From Promethearchaeota archaeon (lineage in GTDB: Archaea > Asgardarchaeota > Lokiarchaeia > Sigyniarchaeales > SOKP01): a stretch of DNA of 64,000 nucleotides. The stretch spans positions 32,001 to 96,000 of the forward strand of contig RDOA01000008.1 in the NCBI GenBank assembly GCA_011364925.1, given 5' to 3'. Under the pieces are notes generated by a model. It ran no database searches and was not told the origin of the DNA. It saw only the letters and a list, made by a program, of their open reading frames with translations. Below, in pieces: positions 39,328-49,272 of this stretch. How positions within the stretch are numbered: the stretch's first letter is position 1; each line of letters begins with the position of its first letter. A program made the translations under genes and the position numbers.

Positions 39328-42300
39328 TCAAAAGAAACTAGACAATTTTTGTTGCTTTATTCTAGGATTATTTGTGAGACTTTCTACATATTCTTCAATT
39401 AGTTCCATTCTTTGAAGCGTATAATTATCTAACTTAAAGTCTTTACATAGTTTTAAAGCTCTAGGAATGTATTTTTCTATACCTCCTCGATTAACAGTCA
39501 ATATAATTTTATTTCCACATTTCGGACACTTTCCTGCGTTTGAAATTGGTGGACGAGTGAATTTTTCATTACATTTTATACACCGAAAATTCTGCACAGC
39601 AAATTTTCTTAAATTTCCTAGGATATCCGGATTAAAGTGAGTAGCTAAAATTTTTTCAGCGACTTTCTTCTCGTTCACAGCTTTGATAATTTTCGCAAGG
39701 TACAATTGAGCTTCGATTTTTTCTTCCATAGTGGTATAAGTTTTATACGCCGTAGTTATCGGACCCTCGTTGATATTTCTGGTCGGCATATTAAAGCCAA
39801 GATTTATATATTGCTCTGGAGTTCCTAAGCGCTTTTTTACAAGCTTCATGTAATCTTCAATTTCAACGGGCATAACATATTTCTGAGTCGCTCGATAAAA
39901 TTCTAAGGGGTATTTATAGAGGGTGTCAATGTTATGTGCTTCGCTATCTATTTCATTTGGATCTAGTACGGAAGAAATTACGAGTGTTGCGTCCATTCTA
40001 CCTCCTATTTTACTCGGTAGATAGTATCTAGAAAAATTTAATAGCGGATCTAACAGAAGCATTATCCCATCCTCATCCCCATCGCAGTTTCTTCGCTTAG
40101 CAGCGTGCCAAAATGGGTGAGCGTATATTGATCGAGCGGGTGTAAAACCAATGATCCTTCCCACAATACCAGCACTTGTATGTGGTGCTAATCCAACGAC
40201 CAAATGACCTATCAATCCGTTCCTTTCTGTGATATGGTAAAATCTATCCATTTTATAGAAGAATTCTAACTCATCATCTATGAACTTAGCAATCTTCACG
40301 AAATAATCTGCACAATCATCAGATAAAATGACATCTTGCACTTGTAGTTCTATTATTTGATCTTGATTGGTTAAATCATTATTCTTATAATCCTTTTTGT
40401 ATCCTAGTTCGTGTAATCTACTTATAGAGGTTGTGATTTCTTGTGGTTTAAAGTGAGTTAATGGGATATCGGTGGCATCGTAACGTATTTCAGCAGTTTT
40501 ATAAACCATCAATCCGTTTTTAGCTCTTAACATTCCCTTGGCGATTGGTTCTGGAACTTTAAACTTATTTGTTAAACCAAGAATCCCTTTAAACTTGTTT
40601 GGTAATGTTATGTTGAGTGAACTTGAAATTGTCTTAATATAATTTTTGATGTTGAAAGACGCTTCTTTGGAGTATTGTAATATTTCTCCGCATTGATGGC
40701 ATTTTTCTTCGTTTTTAGGATAATATTTATTGCATTTTTGACATATCTTCTGAAACTCTGTATGTGTTCCACAATTGGGGCAAGTATTAAAGGGTGTAAT
40801 TGTTTTACATTTAGGACATTTTTTTCTGCAAATATCAATTTTCACCTTTCCGATTTCTGCAGCTTTCCCTACAGATCGAGTATTCCCCACTTTATCGCTA
40901 AGTGGAAATAAACTTTGAACACCTTTCATGCTTTTTCGCTCAGATTTCTCAGGACGCCCCATGCGAGTACCCATATAATATGGAGCCTTATTCCTAATTT
41001 CTATAGGTGAAAACATTGAAAATAAAGTAAAAACATCACTGTTTTCGGGCAATTTATTAGCTTTTTCTCGTTTTAAATCAAATATGGATGTGAAGATTGT
41101 AGTTCTAGAATCATCTAATAAGATATTATCATCACTAATTGTATGGGAAATAAACGCTTTTTCTAAAACCTCCTTCAATTCTTGAGTTACCTTTAAACCT
41201 ATTTTATGACTTTCCTCACTATACGCTGAAACCATAGCTTCTCTTAACAGAATTAGTTCTTTTCCAGTGAGATTTCCCCAAAAATCAGTATATTCAGGAT
41301 GGAGAGGGATACTATACTCCTTTGCGATACGGATTGCCTCTGTAGGTGAAGGTATGTTATTAAATGGATCCTGAATGTATTTTATCAACTCTAAATTTGT
41401 CTTTTGCTTGATATTTATAGCTTCCTCTAATTCCAAAGCCCACCATTCTTCAACATAACCTGAAGGGACTAATCTATGATTATTTTCAGAAAATTCACCG
41501 AACCCAAAAAGAATATCGCCCAAAAACAAAACTTTTTCTATGTTTTGAAAGCATTCCTTTGCCATTTTCAAGTTCGTAATTTTTGTTATAGTCCCATCTT
41601 TCAGCTTTACGATTGGGGGTTCGATTGAGCTGACTGGACAGATACTAGTGCTTTTTCCTGGTCTTTCAATTCTTAATTGAGTTCCAATTGCAATAAAATT
41701 GTCTAAAAGTGTCATTGTTGCGGGATGTAAACCGGCTGCAGCTAGTCCCGTGTTTCGGGATCTACCATATCGAATTCTATGACCTCCTATCTCAGAGGGA
41801 TGGCTAAAAACTGGTCTCCCAGCGATGATATCCGCAACATACTTAGAATTTGGTGAAATGAACGACTTTTTTGCTATACTAGAAATATCTGTATTAGTTT
41901 TCTTTTCGCCCTTCTGTGCGATGTCTTTTAGCTTTTTAAGCCAATCCCAACCTTCTAAGTTCATACTTTTAGCAATCTTCAGTAATTTTGGAGCTTTAAG
42001 GAGAATTCCATCATTTAAAACAAGGCAAGCGCCACCTCTTATCTTATTCGTTTCAATTCTTGGAAGATTTCTAAACGCAGAAACTTCTTCATCTTCTGTG
42101 GAATCTCCATTAATTTCTACAGGTAAGTGTTCTACAGCAAATCGGATCTCGTCATTTGAAGAGGGATATTGTAAATGAACTCGTCTATCATAAAGTTTAA
42201 CCTCTTCGACATACCTCCCGATTTCACCCTCAGTTGCGTTATATTTAGGTATATTCGATTTTTTTCTTACATAATCTGCAATTAAAATGCACAAAGCTGC

Positions 42301-42762
42301 TGTTGTTCCTCCTGCAGCCCTAATAGGACCTGCAAAATATAGGGATAAGTATTTATTACGGTGCTGATCCTCTCGTATTAATATTTTAGATATTCCTTCT
42401 AGCGGGGCACTAACAACACCCATTGTTTTAATAGCAAGCCCAACTCGTATTGATCTTTCAACTCTTTCTTCAATGGATTCAATATTTCCAATATTCTTGC
42501 TAAGAATTTCAGAAACAACTTTAAATACTATCTCATCTTCAGATTTCCCTTGGCTTTTTAGTTTTCTAATTATATCAGCTACTCCTTTAGGGCCTACTAA
42601 TTTTTCAACTCTCCCAGCTAAATCTTTTGCTTGAGGTGATTCAACGAAGACTTCAGGATCTAACCCTTTTTGACGAGCTTTTTCAGCAATTTCATAGCAC
42701 TCATCTACATTTTCCTGTAAATTAGAAAAATATGCTGCTGTATCTTTACTCATTTCTACCAT
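39328..42762 (-). CDS. polC: DNA polymerase D large subunit DP2
   Basis: YFAGPIRAAGGT, RIRYGRSRNTG, HAAKRRNCDGDED, zinc fingers, C-terminal PIP box QQKLSSFF; no intein. Confidence 0.97.
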   Translation of the reverse strand: MVEMSKDTAAYFSNLQENVDECYEIAEKARQKGLDPEVFVESPQAKDLAGRVEKLVGPKGVADIIRKLKSQGKSEDEIVFKVVSEILSKNIGNIESIEERVERSIRVGLAIKTMGVVSAPLEGISKILIREDQHRNKYLSLYFAGPIRAAGGTTAALCILIADYVRKKSNIPKYNATEGEIGRYVEEVKLYDRRVHLQYPSSNDEIRFAVEHLPVEINGDSTEDEEVSAFRNLPRIETNKIRGGACLVLNDGILLKAPKLLKIAKSMNLEGWDWLKKLKDIAQKGEKKTNTDISSIAKKSFISPNSKYVADIIAGRPVFSHPSEIGGHRIRYGRSRNTGLAAAGLHPATMTLLDNFIAIGTQLRIERPGKSTSICPVSSIEPPIVKLKDGTITKITNLKMAKECFQNIEKVLFLGDILFGFGEFSENNHRLVPSGYVEEWWALELEEAINIKQKTNLELIKYIQDPFNNIPSPTEAIRIAKEYSIPLHPEYTDFWGNLTGKELILLREAMVSAYSEESHKIGLKVTQELKEVLEKAFISHTISDDNILLDDSRTTIFTSIFDLKREKANKLPENSDVFTLFSMFSPIEIRNKAPYYMGTRMGRPEKSERKSMKGVQSLFPLSDKVGNTRSVGKAAEIGKVKIDICRKKCPKCKTITPFNTCPNCGTHTEFQKICQKCNKYYPKNEEKCHQCGEILQYSKEASFNIKNYIKTISSSLNITLPNKFKGILGLTNKFKVPEPIAKGMLRAKNGLMVYKTAEIRYDATDIPLTHFKPQEITTSISRLHELGYKKDYKNNDLTNQDQIIELQVQDVILSDDCADYFVKIAKFIDDELEFFYKMDRFYHITERNGLIGHLVVGLAPHTSAGIVGRIIGFTPARSIYAHPFWHAAKRRNCDGDEDGIMLLLDPLLNFSRYYLPSKIGGRMDATLVISSVLDPNEIDSEAHNIDTLYKYPLEFYRATQKYVMPVEIEDYMKLVKKRLGTPEQYINLGFNMPTRNINEGPITTAYKTYTTMEEKIEAQLYLAKIIKAVNEKKVAEKILATHFNPDILGNLRKFAVQNFRCIKCNEKFTRPPISNAGKCPKCGNKIILTVNRGGIEKYIPRALKLCKDFKLDNYTLQRMELIEEYVESLTNNPRIKQQKLSSFF

Positions 42763-42960
42763 ACTAAACGCACTTTAAAGCAGTTAAAAAACTTTTAATA
42801 TTGAAAATTAGACACATATTTTTAAATTCTAACTTTTTAGATAAAATATTTTATTAATAGGTTAGTTGAATATTATTCCGTATAATAATTTGAGGAGATT
42901 TACAGTTTATAGTGAAAGTATGAGATTTGATACGCACTCCTATTACTTAAAAAAATTTGT

Positions 42961-44796
42961 TTGTTCTTTAATAATAAACAATTTAACTGTAATTTTCATA
43001 AAAATATTAATTCTACACTGGACAAGATTGATTTGAAGAACGAGATATTCGAGCAGAAGCAAATCATATTAAAGAAATTAGTTAATTCTGGAATTAATAT
43101 TAGTCCTAAAATGTTAGAGTGTGTGTTAAACCTCAAAAATCCAATAAAAAGTATAAACACGCTTATTAAGGAAACTAGTTTTATTCCTTCATTTAAAAGC
43201 CATTTAACAGAAACGATTGTCAACGAATTATCAAACGAAGAATTACGAAAAACACTAAAGCGAGCTCTATCTAAATCGCTTCCTATTCATTTAAAGGAAG
43301 AAACTGAAAACGATGTCAAGAAGACTCTCAACATATTAAATGTGAAAAATATCAATAACGATATTGAACCTTTGATTAACCAGCAACTAATAGAACCTAA
43401 TGAACTTGATGAAATGAGTAAAGCGACGGCTAATTTCTCAACCGTTCTAACACCAAATACGAAAAAAAATACAGAGCCATTCCATGGAACAACTAAATCA
43501 GTCTTTGCATTTAAACCTCGAGCGAAAGATTACGATTCTCAATTTGAGATAATAAGTGACCCAACTGGGAAATTATATACCAACGGTGAATATGAAGATT
43601 TTTATCAATTGACCGTCGATAAATACAACAAGCTTAGAAATCTCATGAAAAAAAGACCAGAAGCGAGAGCTGCTACGAATATTAATAATATCTATAGATT
43701 ATCAAATAATGTGGAAATCTCTACAATCGGGTTAGTAGAAAATATACATCATACGAAAAAAGGGAATGTTATATTCACTATAGAGGATTTAACGGGTAAG
43801 ATTAGTGTCCTCATACAAAATAATTCCAATAACTTAGAAATTCTTAATATAATGGAGAGAACTTTTCGCGACCAGATGATTTTTGTCAGAGGCTCGTACA
43901 ATCCTGGAGAAGGTGGAAGAAAAGGAATAATATTTGCAAATTACATTTCTAAAATTGACATACCAACAGACTTTAAACCAAATGTTTCTCCTGATCCCTT
44001 ATCTATTGCATTAATCTCTGACACTCACATAGGTAGTAAAGAATTTGAGGAAGATTTGTTTAAGAAATTCCTTAATTTTTTGAATGGAAAAAGCAATAAT
44101 AAGGTTTTAAGGGAACACGCAGCTAGAATTAAATACATCGTTATAAATGGTGATTTAATTGATGGTATAGGTATCTATCCAAGACAGAATGAAGATTTAA
44201 TTCTATCTAATATTTTTGACCAATTTAATAAAGCCTCAGAATTATTGTCAGAAATTCCAGAATACATTAAAGTTTTTTATATATCGGGTAATCATGAACC
44301 TGTTAGAAATGCTATCCCTCGGCCTGCTGTACCTAGTAAATATTGTGAAGAATTAATTAATCTTGGGATAGTTTGCTTGGGTAATCCTTCTCTTATTAAA
44401 ACTCATAATGTTAATACACTGATATACCATGGAGAGAGCATGCACGATTTAAATAGATTAATACACGATTTAGATATTAATAAACCCACTGAAACTATGA
44501 AAGAATTCCTCATATGTAGGCATCTAGCTCCTGTGTTTGGCGAGAAAACACAATTAGCACCTATCAATAATGATCTACTTGTATTGAATAAAATTCCAGA
44601 TATTTTTCACACAGGACATATTCACATTAATGGAATTGGAAAATATAGAAACGTAACGCTTATTAATTCTGGGTGTTTTCAAGCGCAAACAGATTTTATG
44701 AGGAGTTTTGGAATAATTCCAACACCAGGTATTGTACCTATAGTTGAACTTGACACATTAAACTATTTCCAATTAGACTTTAATAAGTTTAATTAA
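42961..44796 (+). CDS. polB: DNA polymerase D small (exonuclease) subunit DP1
   Basis: OB fold (EDLTG), phosphoesterase motifs SDTHIG, GDLIDG, GNHE, YHG, HLAP, GHIH, NSGCFQAQT; true start probably later (e.g. TTG 43033). Confidence 0.94.
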   Translation: MFFNNKQFNCNFHKNINSTLDKIDLKNEIFEQKQIILKKLVNSGINISPKMLECVLNLKNPIKSINTLIKETSFIPSFKSHLTETIVNELSNEELRKTLKRALSKSLPIHLKEETENDVKKTLNILNVKNINNDIEPLINQQLIEPNELDEMSKATANFSTVLTPNTKKNTEPFHGTTKSVFAFKPRAKDYDSQFEIISDPTGKLYTNGEYEDFYQLTVDKYNKLRNLMKKRPEARAATNINNIYRLSNNVEISTIGLVENIHHTKKGNVIFTIEDLTGKISVLIQNNSNNLEILNIMERTFRDQMIFVRGSYNPGEGGRKGIIFANYISKIDIPTDFKPNVSPDPLSIALISDTHIGSKEFEEDLFKKFLNFLNGKSNNKVLREHAARIKYIVINGDLIDGIGIYPRQNEDLILSNIFDQFNKASELLSEIPEYIKVFYISGNHEPVRNAIPRPAVPSKYCEELINLGIVCLGNPSLIKTHNVNTLIYHGESMHDLNRLIHDLDINKPTETMKEFLICRHLAPVFGEKTQLAPINNDLLVLNKIPDIFHTGHIHINGIGKYRNVTLINSGCFQAQTDFMRSFGIIPTPGIVPIVELDTLNYFQLDFNKFN

Positions 44797-44866
44797 GGTT
44801 AGTGACCAAAAGCACAATAGGTGTATTAAAATAAGTTTTACAGTACCTCGTAATAATCTTTCAGAA

Positions 44867-45514
44867 ATGATTTTATACATCTGGAAAATTATTGATTTAC
44901 CATACATATCTACAGATGACTTAATATATAGACTTTCCTTCGAAATGTTTCTCTTTTCACCTCATGAAGCTCAATTGTTTGTTAAAAAAGCAATCCAAAA
45001 AGGTACATTGACTGTAGATGATAATCACAGGCTAAGTTTGTCAGACGCTTTAGTTCTTGAATTAGAAAATTGGCATAGAAAAAGGGAGGAAGAAATTTTA
45101 AAAAATATCAAATCTACTGCGAGTATAAACAACAAAATCGAAAGCTTTAAGAAAGATAGTCTGAAAAAGTTTAACATTCTATTAAAAGCGTTTTTGGACA
45201 CAGGTACAATTAATAGAGCAGTATTAGTATCTGACAGTTCTATTCTTCTCACTAAATTCGATCCTCAAAATGGATTGCTTAAAGCTGAGATTAAAGGTTC
45301 TCGGGACACTCCTTACATTATTGAAATTTCTACTACTGAAAAGATTGTTAAACACGATTGTCATGATTTTCAAACTAAAAGAGCTCAAGATAAAAAATTT
45401 TGTAAACACTTAACTAAATTATTTCTTCTACTAAAAGAAAAAGACGAAAAGGAAGCAACAACAATCCTTGAAAAAATGTCCAAGGAAATTAATAAATGGT
45501 CTTTTGAGAGTTAA
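44867..45514 (+). CDS. DUF2240-like N-terminus plus SWIM zinc finger protein
   Basis: LSFEMFLFSPHEA..FV..AIQKG; C-terminal IKGS...PY.IEI...HDCHDF...FCKHL (SWIM-like). Confidence 0.72.
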   Translation: MILYIWKIIDLPYISTDDLIYRLSFEMFLFSPHEAQLFVKKAIQKGTLTVDDNHRLSLSDALVLELENWHRKREEEILKNIKSTASINNKIESFKKDSLKKFNILLKAFLDTGTINRAVLVSDSSILLTKFDPQNGLLKAEIKGSRDTPYIIEISTTEKIVKHDCHDFQTKRAQDKKFCKHLTKLFLLLKEKDEKEATTILEKMSKEINKWSFES

Positions 45515-46833
45515 ATTAATCTTCTAAAGACTATATTCTTTAATTTAACTTTATCAGTTTGGAGTACAATAGGTTTATAATCTAACAACTTGTAATTATG
45601 AATTTTTTTAATTTGAGATAATACTCGTTGTACTAATCCAACTTCAATATCAAGTTTTATGATTTTTGTGCGCCCATAATGTCCTAATGATCTCGTATTT
45701 GCAGAAATTAATCCTGATAAGGTTAATTCGTTGATATAATCGCTAATCCTTCTACGCGTTAATTGTTTCAAACCTGGAATTTTATTTGAGAATTCTGAGT
45801 GGACTTCATAAATATCTCCTGAAGTAATTACATGTTCTTTTGCGAATTTTGATAATAAATATATTGCAGTTAAAGTTAATTGGGCTTGTAAAGGCATTGA
45901 AAGTATGTATTCTACAATGTGATCTTTGTCTATGTCCTTTTGGGCTTTTATTACATGGCTTTCCATGATTTTTTTGTTTTGATTTTTCTCAGCTAATTCT
46001 CCTGCTTTTCTAAGTAATTGAAGTGCCTTTCGTGCATCACCATGTTCCTTAGCAGCGAGACCAGCGCATAATTTAACTACACCATTATCAATTACACCTT
46101 CATTAAATGCAATTTCTGATCTCTGTTTTAGAATGTCCGCTAACTGATTCGCATCATATGGGTGAAATACTATTGGTTCTTCTTCTTCTAGATTAGAAGT
46201 AACTCTGGCGTCTAAGTATTCCATAAATTTTAGTTTATTAGATATACCAATCACACTTGTTCTACAGAAATCTAAATTTTCATTTAGCCTTGTTAGATTG
46301 TATAAAATTTCATTTCCTCCATTTTTTTCTATTAAAATATCAATTTCATCTAACACAAGAAAACAAACGCTATTCTTTATTAATTGATCCAACAATCCAA
46401 GTAATTTTTTCAAGATTATGTCTTTCGGCAAACCAGTTGCTGGTATTTTCTCTTTTCCAATAATAGTGTTATAGATATGAGCTAAAATTCGATACGGGGT
46501 CGATACTACAGTACAATTGATATATACCCACCAAGGAGGATTATTAGAGCAATGTTGAGCTAGTTTCTGTGAAATATACCGGACAGTTGCAGTTTTACCT
46601 GTACCTGTCATTCCATAGCATAAGAAATTGGGAGGAACATCTCCTTTTAACGCACACGCAGTTATACCAGCTATTTTTTCAATCTCAGAATCTCGGTGAG
46701 GTAATTCATCAGGAATAAATGTTGGCTCAAGAGCCTCTCTTTTTTTAAAAAGCTTTGGACCTGTCAAATAATTTTGATAAAATTTATCAATGTTAAAAGA
46801 GTACATATCTTTATTATCTTTGTTCGTCAACAC
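45511..46833 (-). CDS. cdc6: Orc1/Cdc6 replication initiator
   Basis: PDELPHR, GMTGTGKT, YINC, LVLDEID, GDARKAL.LLRKA, C-terminal wHTH (RRISDYINEL). Confidence 0.96.
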   Translation of the reverse strand: MLTNKDNKDMYSFNIDKFYQNYLTGPKLFKKREALEPTFIPDELPHRDSEIEKIAGITACALKGDVPPNFLCYGMTGTGKTATVRYISQKLAQHCSNNPPWWVYINCTVVSTPYRILAHIYNTIIGKEKIPATGLPKDIILKKLLGLLDQLIKNSVCFLVLDEIDILIEKNGGNEILYNLTRLNENLDFCRTSVIGISNKLKFMEYLDARVTSNLEEEEPIVFHPYDANQLADILKQRSEIAFNEGVIDNGVVKLCAGLAAKEHGDARKALQLLRKAGELAEKNQNKKIMESHVIKAQKDIDKDHIVEYILSMPLQAQLTLTAIYLLSKFAKEHVITSGDIYEVHSEFSNKIPGLKQLTRRRISDYINELTLSGLISANTRSLGHYGRTKIIKLDIEVGLVQRVLSQIKKIHNYKLLDYKPIVLQTDKVKLKNIVFRRLI

Positions 46834-46853
46834 TTAATCCCACCGTGTGTAAT

Positions 46854-46868
46854 GTTTCCACTCGAAAT
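46854..46868. promoter_or_regulatory. mini-ORB-like site upstream of cdc6
   Basis: GTTTCCACTCGAAAT (reverse ATTTCGAGTGGAAAC) resembles the TTCCAxTGGAAA ORB core; next to a ~300-bp AT-rich intergenic region. Confidence 0.4.
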
Positions 46869-47140
46869 GAGTTCTAAACTAATATTTCGATTCCACAATA
46901 TTTAAACTTATTTATTAATCGAAAAACTAATGATTCATGTTAAAGGTTTAATATAGAACTCTCATGTTTTGTAATTTGCTGCGATTAGATCGATAATTTA
47001 TAATATTATTGTCGGAACTTTAAAAGATAATTATTTAGGAAGCAATATTATTAAGGGTTTAGTAGAACAAAATATATTTGCCAAAATTTAATTTCAATTA
47101 AAAATTATCCCATCTAATCTCAATAGTTATAGAAACTATT

Positions 47141-47914
47141 ATGACTTCACTTAATAATAAGGGAGATATTAAAAGAAAGGATATTAAACTCGCGATATTT
47201 TTAACGATTTTCTTTATATGTCTACTCTTTTTTAATTTTCTAATTATTTCAATTTTATTTACTTGGGCAGATTGGCTAGCGACTCTTATTTTTAGCGTCC
47301 TTTTTATAGTTCCTGCATATTTTTCAAACGCAGGAATGGTTATTGTAGGTGGGGGAAAACCTTTAGATAATGGGAAAATTTGGAGAGACGGGCGTAGAAT
47401 ATTTGGAGATCATAAAACAATCTCTGGACTCATTAAAGGTCCGCTATACATAGGTATTCCTTTGAGTTGTGCGTTATATTTATTATTTTTATTGTTATGG
47501 CCTGTAATACAACAGATACCAATAGATGGAGTTTCACATGGATTCTATCGACTATATTCTGATATATTTTATTATAAATACTATTTTATTGGTGGAACAT
47601 TTCCAATCGGAATCTTAATGATTGTCTTTAGAATAGTATTTAGCTCATATGGAGCTGCATTAGGCGATTTAGGGGGTTCATTTTTAAAAAGAAGATTTAA
47701 CATTCAAAGTGGAGCCCCTTTTTGGGTCATAGATCAATTAGATTTTGCTATAGGTGCTATTATATTTGCTTTAATCCCTGCAATTTTTTTTCCAGGATAC
47801 TACATGGTTCCTGATATCAATATTATCGTATTTCTTCTAATATTAACTCCTTCTGTAAGTCTTATAGCTAACACAATCGCGTATCTCATCGGCTTAAAAG
47901 AAGTTCCTTGGTAA
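47141..47914 (+). CDS. carS: CDP-archaeol synthase
   Basis: PAYFSNAG, GGKPLD.G..W.DGRRIFGDHKT, GDLGGSFLKRR, DQLDF, IGLKEVPW. Confidence 0.93.
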   Translation: MTSLNNKGDIKRKDIKLAIFLTIFFICLLFFNFLIISILFTWADWLATLIFSVLFIVPAYFSNAGMVIVGGGKPLDNGKIWRDGRRIFGDHKTISGLIKGPLYIGIPLSCALYLLFLLLWPVIQQIPIDGVSHGFYRLYSDIFYYKYYFIGGTFPIGILMIVFRIVFSSYGAALGDLGGSFLKRRFNIQSGAPFWVIDQLDFAIGAIIFALIPAIFFPGYYMVPDINIIVFLLILTPSVSLIANTIAYLIGLKEVPW

Positions 47915-47920
47915 GTTTTT

Positions 47921-48436
47921 TCATAAACTTACAACTTCACACTTTATTTTTACTTGAAATCCATGGTAATCTGAAAATTTTATGTAATCATCGAAAATAG
48001 TATTAATAGCTTTTATATAATCACCATTGCAACCTATGGCAATTCCTCGTTCTTCGTAGGAGAGAAACCCGACCACAATCATTATCTGTCCTAAACTATT
48101 ATTTCTTTCTATCCTTATTGTATGAATATAGGGATCTGGGAAAAAACCAAACACTAAATTTAGTAAAACATTTTCTTCTCGAACAATTACAATTCTTAGA
48201 TTCTGGAATTTTTTTCGTAAATACGACAGTTTTGAATACGCTTCGAAATAGTGTTCATTATCCAAGAAGAAAAATACGATATCTTTGATAATAATAACAT
48301 TTTTAGGAAAAACTTTCGTTGAATCGTAAAAAAAGTGAAAGAGCAAAAGTTCTCTATTAGAGAATTTCTTTTTTACTGTTAGTTTTTGATAAAACAACAA
48401 ATTATCAATGAATGAGTTTTGAATTGTACTCAACAT
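47921..48436 (-). CDS. degenerate NusA-like KH-domain protein
   Basis: ERGIAIGCNGDYIKAIN resembles the archaeal NusA KH2 motif (GIAIGKNG.NIK); first KH is degenerate. Confidence 0.6.
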   Translation of the reverse strand: MLSTIQNSFIDNLLFYQKLTVKKKFSNRELLLFHFFYDSTKVFPKNVIIIKDIVFFFLDNEHYFEAYSKLSYLRKKFQNLRIVIVREENVLLNLVFGFFPDPYIHTIRIERNNSLGQIMIVVGFLSYEERGIAIGCNGDYIKAINTIFDDYIKFSDYHGFQVKIKCEVVSL

Positions 48437-48555
48437 ATAATTAAAATTACAATACTGCTTTTATAAACTCCTAAGAAATTTTAAATAAACAACAAAAGAT
48501 TTAATTTCAAACGCGATTATTTATAATAATTTTTAACTGAAAACAGAGGATTTAA

Positions 48556-48993
48556 ATGAAAAGAGCTGGATTTGAGTTTCGAGAACATACGGCGGATGTT
48601 CAAGTGAGAAGTTGGGGTCCAACCTTAGAAGAAGCATTTTCCCAAACCGCTTATAGTTTAATGGAAACTATTACTCCCAATTTAAGAAAAATAACTCCTA
48701 AAATTGAAAAAAGAATTACTATCGAAGCCGAAGATAAAGAGGCTTTATTATTTGATTTTCTCTCTGAATTTTTGTACATCTTTGATGTAGAAGAGCTTGT
48801 TTTTAGTTATATTCTTGTTGAAAAAATCGAAAGATCAAAAGATTTTTATAAACTCCAAGCGATTCTTAAAGGGGAAAAATTCGATTCAAAGAAGCATGAG
48901 ATTGGAATTGAGGTTAAAGCTATAACTTATTCTTTCTTAAATATAGAAGAAAGACACGATTGTATAATTATTGATATAGTATATGATATTTGA
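48556..48993 (+). CDS. archease
   Basis: FEFREHTADV, TLEEAF, LLFDFLSEFLY, EVKAITY, C-terminal DI. Confidence 0.94.
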   Translation: MKRAGFEFREHTADVQVRSWGPTLEEAFSQTAYSLMETITPNLRKITPKIEKRITIEAEDKEALLFDFLSEFLYIFDVEELVFSYILVEKIERSKDFYKLQAILKGEKFDSKKHEIGIEVKAITYSFLNIEERHDCIIIDIVYDI

Positions 48994-49272
48994 CCATAAA
49001 AATAACTATGAACATTTTTATTGGGGAAGATAATAATAATCTTTAATTTGGTTGAGTTTAAATAAGCTTTTTGAAAATAATATCTTAGCAAAGTTGAGTT
49101 GTGAATGCTTTTACCATCAATTAAATTTGAAATAATATAATTAAAGACAAAGGGGATTAAAAATACCGGGAAATAGTGGTATAACACCTTAAGCATAAAA
49201 CTACTTAATGTAGTTATAATTTTATTTTCATTTTTTATAAATTTGCAAAAGAAAAATACCTATATTAAAGCT

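Noticed and set aside
42890-42952. AGGAG...CTCCT possible hairpin between polC and polB
   Set aside because: Only a 5-bp stem with no internal pairing or recognisable RNA motif
48927-49196. 89-aa minus-strand ORF between archease and rtcB
   Set aside because: Overlaps archease; composition typical of AT-rich non-coding DNA
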